Shown here piece by piece: positions 49,590 through 60,658 of a stretch of 64,000 nucleotides of DNA; within the stretch, counting starts at the first letter, position 1; each line of letters opens with the position of its first letter. The DNA is from Macrostomum hystrix (lineage: Eukaryota; Animalia; Platyhelminthes): the NCBI GenBank assembly GCA_950097015.1, contig CATNEN010000038.1:25544001-25608000 (forward strand), read 5' to 3'. The translations under genes were made by a program, and so were the position numbers. The notes below the pieces were generated by a model. It did no database searches, was not told the DNA's origin, and saw only the letters and a program-made list of their open reading frames with translations.

Positions 49590-50706
49590 GATTGAGCAGC
49601 CATCCTCCCAGATCCCCAGACTGAGCTGCCAATCTTCCAGATCCTCAGATTGAGAACTCCCAGATCCTCAGATTGAGAACTCCCAGATCCTCAGATTGAG
49701 AACTCCCAGATCCTCAGATTGAGAACTCCCAGATCCTTAGACTTAGCTGCTATTCTCACTGATCCTCAGACTGAGCAGCCATTCTCCCAGATCCTCAGAC
49801 TGAGCAGCCATTCTCTCAGATCCTCAGACTGAGCAGCCATTCTCTCAGATCCTCAGACTGAGCAGCCATTCTCTCAGATCCTCAGACTGAGCAGCCATTC
49901 TCTCAGATCCTCAGACTGAGCAGCCATTCTCTCAGATCCTCAGACTGAGCAGCCATTCTCTCAGATCCTCAGACTGAGCAGCCATTCTCTCAGATCCTCA
50001 GACTGAGCAACCATTCTCCCAGTTCCCTAGACTAAGCAGCCATTCTCCCAGATCCTCAGTTTAAGCAGCCATTCTCCCAGATCCTCAGTTTAAGCAGCCA
50101 TTCTCCCAGATCCTCAGTTTAAGCAGCCATTCTCCCAGCTCCCCAGACTAAGCAGCCATTCTCTCAGATCCTCAGTTTAAGCAGCCATTCTCCCAGATCC
50201 TCAGTTTAAGCAGCCATTCTCCCAGATCCTCAGTTTAAGCAGCCATTCTCCCAGATCCTCAGTTTAAGCAGCCATTCTCCCAGATCCTCAGTTTAAGCAG
50301 CCATTCTCCCAGATCCTCAGTTTAAGCAGCCATTCTCCCAGATCCTCAGTTTAAGCAGCCATTCTACCAGATCCTCAGTTTAAGCAGCCATTCTCCCAGA
50401 TCCTCAGTTTAAGCAGCCATTCTCCCAGCTCCCCAGACTAAGCAGCCATTCTCTCAGATCCTCAGTTTAAGCAGCCATTCTCCCAGATCCCCAGACTAAG
50501 CAGCCATTCTCTCAGATCCTCAGTTTAAGCAGCCATTCTCCCAGATCCTCAGTTTAAGCAGCCATTCTCCCAGATCCTCAGTTTAAGCAGCCATTCTCCC
50601 AGATCCTCAGTTTAAGCAGCCATTCTCCCAGATCCTCAGTTTAAGCAGCCATTCTCCCAGATCCTCAGTTTAAGCAGCCATTCTCCCAGATCCTCAGTTT
50701 AAGCAG
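49590..50706. repeat. Compound 21/29-bp minisatellite (CAGATCCTCAGTTTAAGCAGCCATTCTCC)n about 100 bp after the HDAC6 stop codon
   Basis: Direct tandem array with graded unit variants. Confidence 0.95.
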
Positions 50707-51125
50707 CAATCCTCTTATTCAACAATTTTTAGATTATAGCCTCTGTGCTCTTGCTAGCTTTGCTGTAAAATCATACCAGTTGATTAACAATAAAACATAC
50801 TTTTTAATACTACTTTTAAATTATCTGTACTGTTTGCATATTTAAAATGATTGTTCTTATTTTGTTTTGAACATTCTGTGTGTGATTTTTTTAATCACTT
50901 CCTATAATAGCTAATTTCTTTTATTGATTTTTTTGTTTTCATTCTCTAAATAATTTACTTAATTAAATATACGATGAAAACGGCTTCATGTAATGGTTTG
51001 CATGTTACAATTCGCTTAATTGAATTAAAACCGAAATCAAAGGCTTTTAATTTATCATCTGTAGTTGTCTTTTTACATTCTATTTTTCATCTCATATGAA
51101 GACATTTTAAATACTGATACTGCTT

Positions 51126-51742
51126 CATGCTGTATTCAGACACTGTTTCAGGCTGTATTCAGACACTGTTTCAGGCTGTATTCAGACACTGTTTCAGGCT
51201 GTATTCAGACACTGTTTCAGGCTGTATTCAGACACTGTTTCAGGCTGAATTCAGACACTGTTTCAGGCTGTATTCAGACACTGTTTCAGGCTGTATTCAG
51301 ACACTGTTTCAGGCTGTATTCAGACACTGTTTCATGCTGTATTCAGACACTGTTTCAGGCTGAATTCAGACACTGTTTCAGGCTGAATTCAGACACGGTT
51401 TCAGGCTGAATTCAGACACTGCTTCAGGCTGTATTCAGACACTGCTGCAGGCTGTATTCAGACACTGTTTCAGGCTGAATTCAGACACTGTTTCAGGCTG
51501 AATTCAGACACTGCTTCAGGCTGAATTCAGACACTGTTTCAGGCTGAATTCAGACACTGTTTCAGGCTGTATTCAGACACTGCTTCAGGCTGTATTCAGA
51601 CACTGTTTCAGGCTGTATTCAAACACTGTTTCAGGCTGAATTCAGACACTGCTTCAGGCTGTATTCAGACACTGTTTCAGGCTGAATTCAGACACTGTTT
51701 CAGGCTGTATTCAGACACTGCTTCAGGCTGTATTCAGACACT
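51126..51742. repeat. 23-bp minisatellite (TTCAGACACTGTTTCAGGCTGTA)n, copy 2
   Basis: Same unit and orientation as 48147-48535. Confidence 0.96.
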
Positions 51743-51981
51743 TTAAGCTCTGCTAAAGGGGGTCATTGGTTCTCTGCTGTATCAGGAGCCACCTTAGGCG
51801 CTTGATGTCAAGTAAAGTGAGCTAGTTCTAATTTACTTGTCTCTTCTGTTGTGTTCGATCAATATGTTTTAAGTCGTCACTGTCCTACCAGGGTCTTCAA
51901 ATAATAAAAATTGATAGAGACTATTCCACAGCGCTGCCTGATATTTGTCGAACTATTTTCAAGTTGCTAAAGTCGATCAAG

Positions 51982-51996
51982 TTTATTTTTTTTATT
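51982..51996 (-). terminator. Candidate polyadenylation signals (AATAAA twice) for the neuropeptide precursor gene
   Basis: TTTATT at 51982-51987 and 51991-51996 on the plus strand, about 150 nt downstream of the TAA at 52143. Confidence 0.45.
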
Positions 51997-52142
51997 AGTT
52001 GGTGTCATAAAAATTTTCTTGTTAATGCACAGTCATATACCAGTGCGTCGTTTTTCAGATGCTTTTGCTAACACTTTTAACACTTCTTCTGATTAAAGTA
52101 CCGTTCGAAAGTTTCCCCTGTATCAGAAGTATATACTGTACT

Positions 52143-53405
52143 TTACTCTCCATTGACGAGTAGTTCCTTGTCTAGGTCATGGGTAACCAATCTCTTGTTC
52201 CTGAAGGCTCCGGACAGCCATCTCTTGTTCCTGAAGGCTCCGGACAGCCATCTCTTGTTCCTGAAGGCTCCGGACAGCCATCTCTTGTTCCTGAAGGATC
52301 CGGACAGCCATCTCTTGTTCCTGAAGACTCCGGACAGCCATCTCTTGTTCCTGAAGGCTCCGGACAGCCATCTCTTGTTCCTGAAGGCTCCGGACAGCCA
52401 TCTCTTGTTCCTGAAGGCTCCGAACAGCCATCTCTTGTTCCTGAAGGCTCCGGACAGCCATCTCTTGTTCCTGAAGGATCCGGACAGCCATCTCTTGTTC
52501 CTGAAGGCTCCGGACAGCCATCTCTTGTTCCTGAAGGCTCCGGACAGCCATCTCTTGTTCCTGAAGGCTCCGGACAGCCATATCTTGTTCCTGAAGGCTC
52601 CGGACAGCCATCTCTTGTTCCTGAAGGCTCCGGACAGCCATCTCTTGTTCCTGAAGGCTCCGGACAGCCATCTTTTGTTCCTGAAGGCTCCAGACAGCCA
52701 TCTCTTGTTCCTGAAGGCTCCGGACAGCCATCTCTTGTTCCTGAAGGCTCCGGACAACCATCTCTTATTCCTGAAGGCTCCGGACAACCATCTCTTATTC
52801 CTGAAGGCTCCGGACAACCATCTCTTATTCCTGAAGGCTCCGGACAGCCATCTCTTGTTCCTGAAGGCTTCGGACAGCCATCTCTTATTCCTGAAGGCTC
52901 CGGACAGCCATCTCTTGTTCCTGAAGGCTCCGGACAGCCATCTCTTGTTCCTGAAGGCTCCGGACAGCCATCTCTTGTTCCTGAAGGCTTCGGACAGCCA
53001 TCTCTTGTTCCTGAAGGCTCCGGACAACCATCTCTTGTTCCTGAAGGCTCCGGACAGCCATCTTTTGTACATAGTTTCGTCGGGTAGCAAATTATTGAAC
53101 TCGTTGGACATCATGTCTTTGCCATCTTCCTACAATTGCAAGTCACCTTTATCTTAAAAAACTACCAGCTCTCAATACCAGACAGAGTATAGTTTGTTCT
53201 CTGTGGCATGGAGATCACTCACCTTGTCGTCATCAACAGATTCCGCGTATAAGTTTGTCACTAGAACTGAAAGAGATAGTTTTTCGCGAGTAATTCAAAT
53301 TTCTAAGAAACAAAAAATCAAGTAGTCTCTTGTTGGATGGATGCAGAGGGGTTGTAGTAACAATAACTTACCGCTAGCAACAATAAGCCACACGACGGCC
53401 CGCAT
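52143..53405 (-). CDS. Putative multi-copy neuropeptide precursor, about 354 aa: signal peptide plus 29 WLSGAFRN-type peptides separated by KR
   Basis: Exons 53372-53405 (AAAAATG...AGC G|gtaag), 53223-53266 (tttcag|...AAG|gtgag) and 52143-53129 (ttgtag|GAA) join in frame: MRAVVWLIVASVLVTNLYA-ESVDDDKEDGKDMMSNEFNNLLPDETMY-KR-(WLSGAFRN-KR)x29-LVTHDLDKELLVNGE*. Several repeat variants are synonymous in this frame. Confidence 0.82.
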
Positions 53406-53476
53406 TTTTCGAATGTTCTACAATTCAGAGGTCCTTCAGAATCTGTGAGAGTGGCTGGGACACTTCCGTGTCCCAC

Positions 53477-53482
53477 TTTATA
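53477..53482 (-). promoter_or_regulatory. TATA box of the neuropeptide precursor gene
   Basis: TATAAA on the minus strand, about 70 nt upstream of the ATG at 53405. Confidence 0.6.
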
Positions 53483-54109
53483 TGCCATTTGGCGTTCTCA
53501 CGGTCAGCCAGCAACTATAGAGCTCCTCAGTGTTAGCCGCCTTTTTTCATTCGACCAATCCAAAATCGATTGGCAGATCTAGCTCATTGGACAATTTTGC
53601 ATTGTAGAACATATGGCAACATCCCGATGGCTCATCATGGCTTATAGTGTAGTGTGTTCTGTCAGAGTGATTCTGCAAATACAAAAACTGCAGTTGTCCA
53701 TTTCCAACCACCTGTTTGTTCCGGCAATTTGCTGCATCAGCAAAATTGGCTCTAATATACTCGTATTTGCTGTTGACCATATTATGGTGCCAAAAATAAT
53801 AAGCGCCACAGTTTTTAAGCCTTTCTGCAATGTTCTATTTTAAAAAAATGTCGCTACTCAAGATTCAAAGTCGATGACTTGATGAGAAGATGAGCAAGAT
53901 GAGCTTCAAGAGCACTTTCGCAAAACCATTTCGGCCCTTGCTACTTTCTGATTAAGCAACCCCAGCTAATGTAGTTATTTCATCGGCCTAAACCTTCAAT
54001 GATTAGATAAATTTCGAAAAGTTGACACTGTAGCTGATCCATGCGAAAATTCTGTGAAGTTACATCGGGCGCTTATGGCACGATACATGCCTTTAAAAGC
54101 TCAATCATC

Positions 54110-54620
54110 TGAAACTGTCTGACAGTAAAATGTTGTTCCTGAAACTGTCTGACGGTAAAATGTTGTTCCTGAAACTGTCTGACAGTAAAATGTTGTTCCT
54201 GAAGCTGTCTGACAGTGAAATGTTGTTCCTGAAACTCTCTAACAGTAAAATGTTGTTCCTGAAACTTTCTGACAGTGAAATGTTGTTCCTGAAACTGTCT
54301 GACAGTAAAATGTTGTTCCTGAAACTGTCTGACAGAAAACTGTTGTTCCTGAAACTGTCTGACAGTGAAATGTTGTTCCTGAAACTGTCTTACAGCGAAA
54401 TGTTGTTCCTGAAACTGGCTGACAGCGAAATGTTGTTCCTGAAAATGGCTGACAGTAAAATGTTGTTCCTGAAAATGGCTGACTGTAAATTGTTGTTCTT
54501 GAAACTGTCTGGCAGTAAAATGTTGTTCCTAAAACTGTGTGACAGTGGAAAGTTGTCACTGAACCGGCGGACAGTGAAATGTTGTTCTTGTTACTATCTG
54601 ACAGTTGAATGTTGTCACTG
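54110..54620. repeat. 30-bp minisatellite (AATGTTGTTCCTGAAACTGTCTGACAGTAA)n, about 17 copies, related to the neuropeptide repeat
   Basis: Direct tandem array with 19/30 ungapped identity to the coding unit at 52190-53065. Confidence 0.93.
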
Positions 54621-56029
54621 AATCAGTTACTCTTGAATTCGTCCATGTATTTTATACTTCAAGAAGACGTTTTTTTGCTTTCAAAAATATTTTTTAGACT
54701 CTCATTTACGAGAAAATTGAAAAATAGTGAAAAAGATATATTAATTTAACTTCAGTCCACCTTAATTCACTCGGATATTTTTACTGATTGGTCAGTCGTG
54801 CATTTATCTATCTATGGTAGGCACTATCGTATCGAAACTTAGCTTGAAGTAAAAGCTTTAGTCGCATGTACTTAAAATTTATTTTTTCTTACTTTCTTGT
54901 GTTTCAATTTAAATAGAAGCGAATATATGACTTTGGTTTTATCCCTGTGGATTAATGGACAGAGATTGGCTATAGAAAGAAATGACAATTTAGCCTAGCT
55001 GGGCAACCTGTACAGTCCAGTGGCTACAAAAGGCTGCGTACAGCTGTTCAGTCTGTGGACTGCAGGGGGTCCATATCTACCCCAGCAGATGCTGGGATAC
55101 AGAAACTATAGCTTCGGAGGCTCTAGTCATTGTCTATAAGTCGTAAAAATTCGCTAAGGACTCAATTTAAATTAAAAATGTGAGTTATAAAACTTATTCA
55201 GCCTGTCATATTGGCACTTATATTGTTTGAACATCTTTGGCTTTTTGTGTCTGGACAAAGCTTTTAAAATGTCAGGTCTGATAAGTTTTGAGTTTTAATG
55301 ATAATGTGCTGCTTGATTGCTGGACATTCGACAAGACAATGCGCTTGTCGGAAACGCTCTCTGGCCATTGTTTAGAGATAAAACATTCTAAAGATTTTTT
55401 ATTTCATTTTTTGCGACCAAGATAATGCATCAAAGTACAGTTGTGTTTTAATTTGCCAATTGTCACAGTACCTGCGTCACTATGAGTAGTCAGTTAGAAT
55501 ATCGAACATAAAATAAGAAAAAAAATTATTAACTTAAATTACTCTGCACGTGTATGCAATTTTGAGTTCGTTGCAATGTCCTTAAAAATAACACTACCAT
55601 ATAAAAAATACGATTTTTATGTAATCCCCAATGACTGTCTCGTTAAAAGTACTCTTGCAGAACGGAATCCCGATTCAATTAATCAAATTCAAAAGGTATT
55701 TGCCGTGTGACATTCAGGCTATGCAAATGGGAACTTATCAAGGATGCAATGCGAAACCTCACGCAAAAGTACTCATTGAGTGAAGAAATCGTCAAATTGA
55801 TTCAGAAACTGATTCGATAAAATTATTGGCTTCTAAAGCTTTTAATAATTAAATTCAGTTAAGCTAGATGACAGCCGACGTATCTAACAACGAGTTGTTT
55901 GATCATGTTTTATACCAACTATGTACGTACGGAACGAAAAATGATGCGATAAAAATAGGAGATAATTAATAAAAACAACACAAAAGCAATGTACGCTGTA
56001 CAATGTACGTCCTGACGACAACATACTCC

Positions 56030-56450
56030 TTTCTTTACCGTCCAGCACAGGCTGCAACCGCGATAACAGCATCCACGGTTGAACAGCTTCATAGCGCAGG
56101 ATTGTATAGGCAGATGCCTCGGTACTCCATCCAGCAAAGTGATTGGCTGCTTTGGGATAGCGACCATATTCATTCGGTACGCATCGTCATCGAAAAGCAA
56201 GCGGTTCATCACTCTGGCGACCTCACTCCGTCACCCGGCAGTCTTAGGTTGTTCGGCAGCCGGGGTCGAACTGCAGACGTTCGTCTGAAGGTTTGAAGCA
56301 GAAGTCCCAGGTATATAGGCGCCGCTTTAGCCACCGTCAAAGCGTTGATAGCGGAGCGGACCAGGCCACTGCCACTCGACCTCTGCCGTCGGGTACAGCG
56401 GCAGATACAGCGCTGATGGCTTCATCCACAGCAGCTTGCTGTCGCACGAC
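56030..56450 (-). mobile_element. Degenerate non-LTR retrotransposon fragment (N-terminal reverse transcriptase region)
   Basis: Two frameshifted ORF pieces join as ...VAIPKQ...RHLPIQSCAMKLFNR/MLLSRLQPVLD, resembling the LINE RT motif IPK...RPI.L.S...KLF.R.LL.RL. Confidence 0.65.
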
Positions 56451-56451
56451 T

Positions 56452-56600
56452 GACTGTTCAGTCCATGTACTGGGGGGGGGGGGGAACACCACACCCACCC
56501 TCAATTACCCCAGATAATGCTGGTACTTAACTTAACAGCTTGATGAACCGAAGCAAGTCAGCTTTCATGTGTCTTTCTAACGGACAGTGGAGTCCAGAGA
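56452..56600 (-). mobile_element. SINE family B (CORE-like) fragment
   Basis: Minus strand GAAAGACACATGAAAGCTGACTTGCTTCGGTTCATCAAGCTGTTAAGTTAAGTACCAGC resembles invertebrate CORE-type domains (from memory). It ends in the dispersed motif ATGGACTGAACAG. Confidence 0.5.
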
Positions 56601-56659
56601 AAATACTGAGATTTAAGAAAATTTGAGACAGCGCATACACATTAACTTAGGCCTCAGAA

Positions 56660-56843
56660 TGAGTGGCAGACGTGTTTGCCTAGGTCGCACCAAGGTCCTG
56701 AGCTCGATTCTGTGGTGAGGCCACATTCATTTGGGGCGCAGCCGCTGAGAGAAGGCTTGAAGGCTTGTCTTGCAATTCAAAACCTTGAGGGCCAACCTCC
56801 GAGGCAAAGTGAAAGTGTGCACTGCCTGACGATGAGTAAGTCA
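56660..56843 (+). mobile_element. SINE family A, 5' half
   Basis: GAGTGGCAGA...CAAGGTCCTGAGCTCGATTCTGTGGTGAGGCCACATTCATTTGGGGCGCAG...ACTGCCTGACGATGAG. Confidence 0.75.
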
Positions 56844-58116
56844 GTAACTGTAGAGAACATAAAGTTTAAAAAAATTCGTTGTTATTGCACAACAGAATTA
56901 GTCCATTAATCTACCACTTTTGCCTGTCCTAAGAAGAGTTGCATTGGGAAGACTGCTTGAGGACGGAGTGTAACTAAAAAAATCGATAATCCTAAGCTGG
57001 AGTTGGGTCGCTTCGTTGCTAAGTGGTCTAATTAGCACACCATGTACTCTCCCGCAGTGTACTTGCTGCAATACAGTATGCATGTATTTACCAGATTAAA
57101 CAAGTTTCGTATGGGTCTTATTTAGTGGCAATCAATACCCAACAGTATTTCTGAGAGTGAGCTTGTAGAGCTTGTAAATTTTCTATGCAGTATTTTTACT
57201 TTTTGAACATTGAAGATTATTCCATAACATTAGACTTATTACGAGCTCGTAGTCGCTTCATAAGCTTTTCTTTCAGTCAAATTACTCGAAAGCAATGCAA
57301 ATAAATAACATGCAGAAATATAAAACTAAGAGAATGGGCTCACAGAGAGAGAGAGAGAGAGAGAAATAGCAGAAGTAGAAATGTACAGTAAAGCTTTCAG
57401 ACCGCTGCCATTGGCGACCAGTTTGTATGGGTAGCTTGGTCTGACAGCTAGCTTGTGTGTATAGTCAGCGCGAAAATTTTCTGGGATAGAAAAATGAGCA
57501 GGACGAGAAGACTGGCTGCGGTCTACCACCAAACTGCTTGCTTGCTTTTAGCAAATTGAAGCCATTGCTGCGGGGTATTTCAGGGTATTTGGGGTCTATT
57601 CGAGACCTGTCTACCTGGCTCCATATAATCTAAAAATTGCAGTCTATTTTAGTTTTTATCAATTTATCTAACGTTCACAGTTGACCAATTCTGAACAATA
57701 ACACTCCGCCAACAGATAGGACAATCAATCTCGGGCTTGCTCTGATAAATAATAATTCAGTAATTCAGTAAACTAGGTGAGTAACTATAAGCAGCTAGTC
57801 TGAAATGATTTAATGCTAATTTTTGCCCTGCTTTGTAGCCTTCTAAACCGAGAGACGTCGGGAGTTCGATTCTTACCGCAAGGTCAAAGAATTTGCGTCC
57901 CCGAGGAAGGAAAATGAATTTCTGATTAATTCCTAACTTATAAATTATTACCAGCATCAGTCCTAGCTGTCCATGGACTGAACAGCTGTACACAGGCGCG
58001 TCCAGCGCCGCAAATTTATCCCAAAATGACTAGCTGTTATTTCTATCCAGCATAACAATTAAATTATAATAAAATGTCCCAACGAATTGTGTTAAAAATT
58101 CTTTTGAAGATTGAAA

Positions 58117-60658
58117 ATGACAGCTGAAGATGCGGAATGGCTGGAGGATATGCGCGAAACATTCAAGATGTTTGACAAGAATGGCAACGGAGAGATTGAA
58201 GTCAACGAGCTTCGGACTGTAATACAGTGCCTGGGTCAGAACCCAACGGAGAAGGATGTACAGGTCAGAAGGACGCTGAACCATTCGATTATTGACTTTC
58301 AATAATAATAATCAAGGACTGCGAAATATTCTAGCGAAAACATAATTTTCAGTTAATGATCAAAGAGTACGACTTGAACAAGGACGGCACGATTAATTTC
58401 GACGAATTCTGTCAGGTAAGCAAGCATTGTTCTTGTCGTCATCTAATTAAATCACGATTCTATTGATTTAGTAATTAGTTAATAAGTTTTACCTGGGCTG
58501 TTTGCAGTTCGCTATAGAGAGGGGGCGATTCTGCCCATTCCGCTGACTCCTGAGCACACACACACAGGTGTGTACATCTGCCCTGACTTTCTCATCGTCA
58601 GGCAGTGTACACTCTCACTGTGCCTTGGAGGTTGGCCCTAAATGGCGTCCCAAATTAATTTGGCTTCACCACAGAATCGAGCTCAGGACCTTGGTGCGAG
58701 AGGCAAACCTGTTTTAACCGCGCTGTGCCACTGAAACCCAAATAATAATAAAATATTCATTATTAAAATTCCATTTTCAGATGATGAAAAATCGAATCAA
58801 GACTGCCGAATCGAAGCAGAACGAGCTGAAAGTAGCGTTTCAAATGTTTGACAAGAACGGAGACGGGTGAGTCTTATTATTATTTTTTGACAGGGTGAAA
58901 AGTAAAGACTTTAATAATAGTAAAGGGTTACTAGTTCTATTATTATTAGTTACTAGTACTATTATTACTGAATAGTCAGACAGTAGTGTTCGTGTGTTGT
59001 TAGATATTGTTGTGAACCTGTTATATAGGGTTTTTAATCTGTTAGATAGGGTTGTTAACCTGTTAGATAGGGTTGTTAACCTGTTAGATATGGCTGTTAA
59101 TCTGTTATATAGGGTTGTTAACCTGTTAGATATGGCTGTTAATCTGTTATATAGGGTTGTTAACCTGTTAGATATGGCTGTTAATCTGTTAGATAGGGTT
59201 GTTAACCTGTTAGATAGGGTTGTTAACCTGTTAGATATGGCTGTTAATCTGTTATATAGGGTTGTTAACCTGTTAGATATGGCTGTTAATCTGTTATATA
59301 GGGTTGTTAACCTGTTAGATATGGCTGTTAATCTGTTAGATAGGGTTGTTAACCTGTTAGATAGGGTTGTTAACCTGTTAGATATGGCTGTTAATCTGTT
59401 ATATAGGGTTGTTAACCTGTTAGATATGGCTGTTAATCTGTTATATAGGGTTGTTAACCTGTTAGATATGGCTGTTAATCTGTTAGATAGGGTTGTTAAC
59501 CTGTTAGATATGGCTGTTAATCTGTTATATAGGGTTGTTAACCTGTTAGATATGGCTGTTAATCTGTTAGATAGGGTTGTTAACCTGTTAGATATGGCTG
59601 TTAATCTGTTATATAGGGTTGTTAACCTGTTAGATATGGCTGTTAATCTGTTAGATAGGGTTGTTAAACTGTTAGATATGGCTGTTTATCTGTTAGATAT
59701 GGCTGTTAATCTGTTAGATAGGGTTGTTAATCTGTTAGATAGGGCTGTTAATCTGTTAGATAGGGTTGTTAATCTATTAGATAGGGCTGTTAATCTGTTA
59801 GATAGGGTTGTTAATCTCTTAGATATGGCTGTTAATCTGTTAGATAGGGTTGTTAATCTGTTAGATAGGGCTGTTAATCTCTTAGATATGGCTGTTAATC
59901 TCTTAGATATGGCTGTTAATCTGTTAGATAGGGTTGTTAATCTGTTAGATAGGGCTGTTAATCTGTTAGAAATGGCTGTTAACCTGTTAGATAGGGCTGT
60001 TAATCTCTTAGATATGGCTGTTAATCTGTTAGATAGGGTTGTTAATCTGTTAGATAGGGCTGTTAATCTGTTAGATAGGGTTGTTAATCTCTTAGATATG
60101 GCTGTTAATCTGTTAGATAGGGTTGTTAATCTGTTAGATAGGGCTGTTAATCTCTTAGATATGGCTGTTAATCTCTTAGATATGGCTGTTAATCTGTTAG
60201 ATAGGGTTGTTAATCTGTTAGATATGGCTGTTAATCTGTTAGATAGGGTTGTTAATCTGTTAGATAGGGCTGTTAATCTGTTAGATAGGGCTGTTAACCT
60301 CTTAGATATGGCTGTTAATCTGTTAGATAGGGTTGTTAATCTGTTAGATAGGGCTGGCAATCTGTTAGATATGGCTGTTAACCTGTTAGATAGGGCTGTT
60401 AATCTGTTAGATAGGGTTGTTAACCTGTTAGATAGGGCTGTTAATCTGTTAGATAGGGTTATTAACCTGTTGAACAAAGCTTTTGAAACGTGACACATTT
60501 CCAGAAGGATCAGCAGCAACGAGCTCATGGAGGTCATGACTAAGCTAGGCGAAAAGCTGACAATGGAGGAAGCCAAGGAAATGATCAACGAAGTCGACGT
60601 TAATCACGATGGCTTCATCGACTACAACGAGTTTGTGCAGATGTACACGGCCAATTGA
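58117..60658 (+). CDS. Calmodulin-like protein, about 149 aa, four EF-hands
   Basis: Exons 58117-58263, 58353-58415, 58781-58866 and 60505-60658. EF loops [36 protein letters not shown] and [12 protein letters not shown], with LGQNPTE and LGEKLT motifs. An additional upstream exon cannot be excluded (acceptor-like site near 58109). Confidence 0.92.
58520..58735 (-). mobile_element. SINE family A copy in intron 2 of the calmodulin-like gene
   Basis: Matches the core and head of the 10975 and 16965 copies. Confidence 0.78.
58995..60475. repeat. 21-bp minisatellite (CTGTTAGATAGGGTTGTTAAT/C)n in intron 3 of the calmodulin-like gene
   Basis: Direct tandem array. It is the source of the spurious 499-aa ORF. 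Confidence 0.97.

Noticed and set aside
52153-53157. Plus-strand ORFs over the 30-bp repeat (HLLFLKAPDS and QPSLVPEGSG repeats)
   Set aside because: Shadow frames of the minus-strand prohormone, with no supporting gene structure.
58994-60588. 499-aa (VNLLDRV)n heptad or coiled-coil-like ORF and its antisense ORF
   Set aside because: It is a 21-bp repeat inside intron 3 of the calmodulin-like gene. The EF3 loop is completed only by splicing 58866 to 60505.
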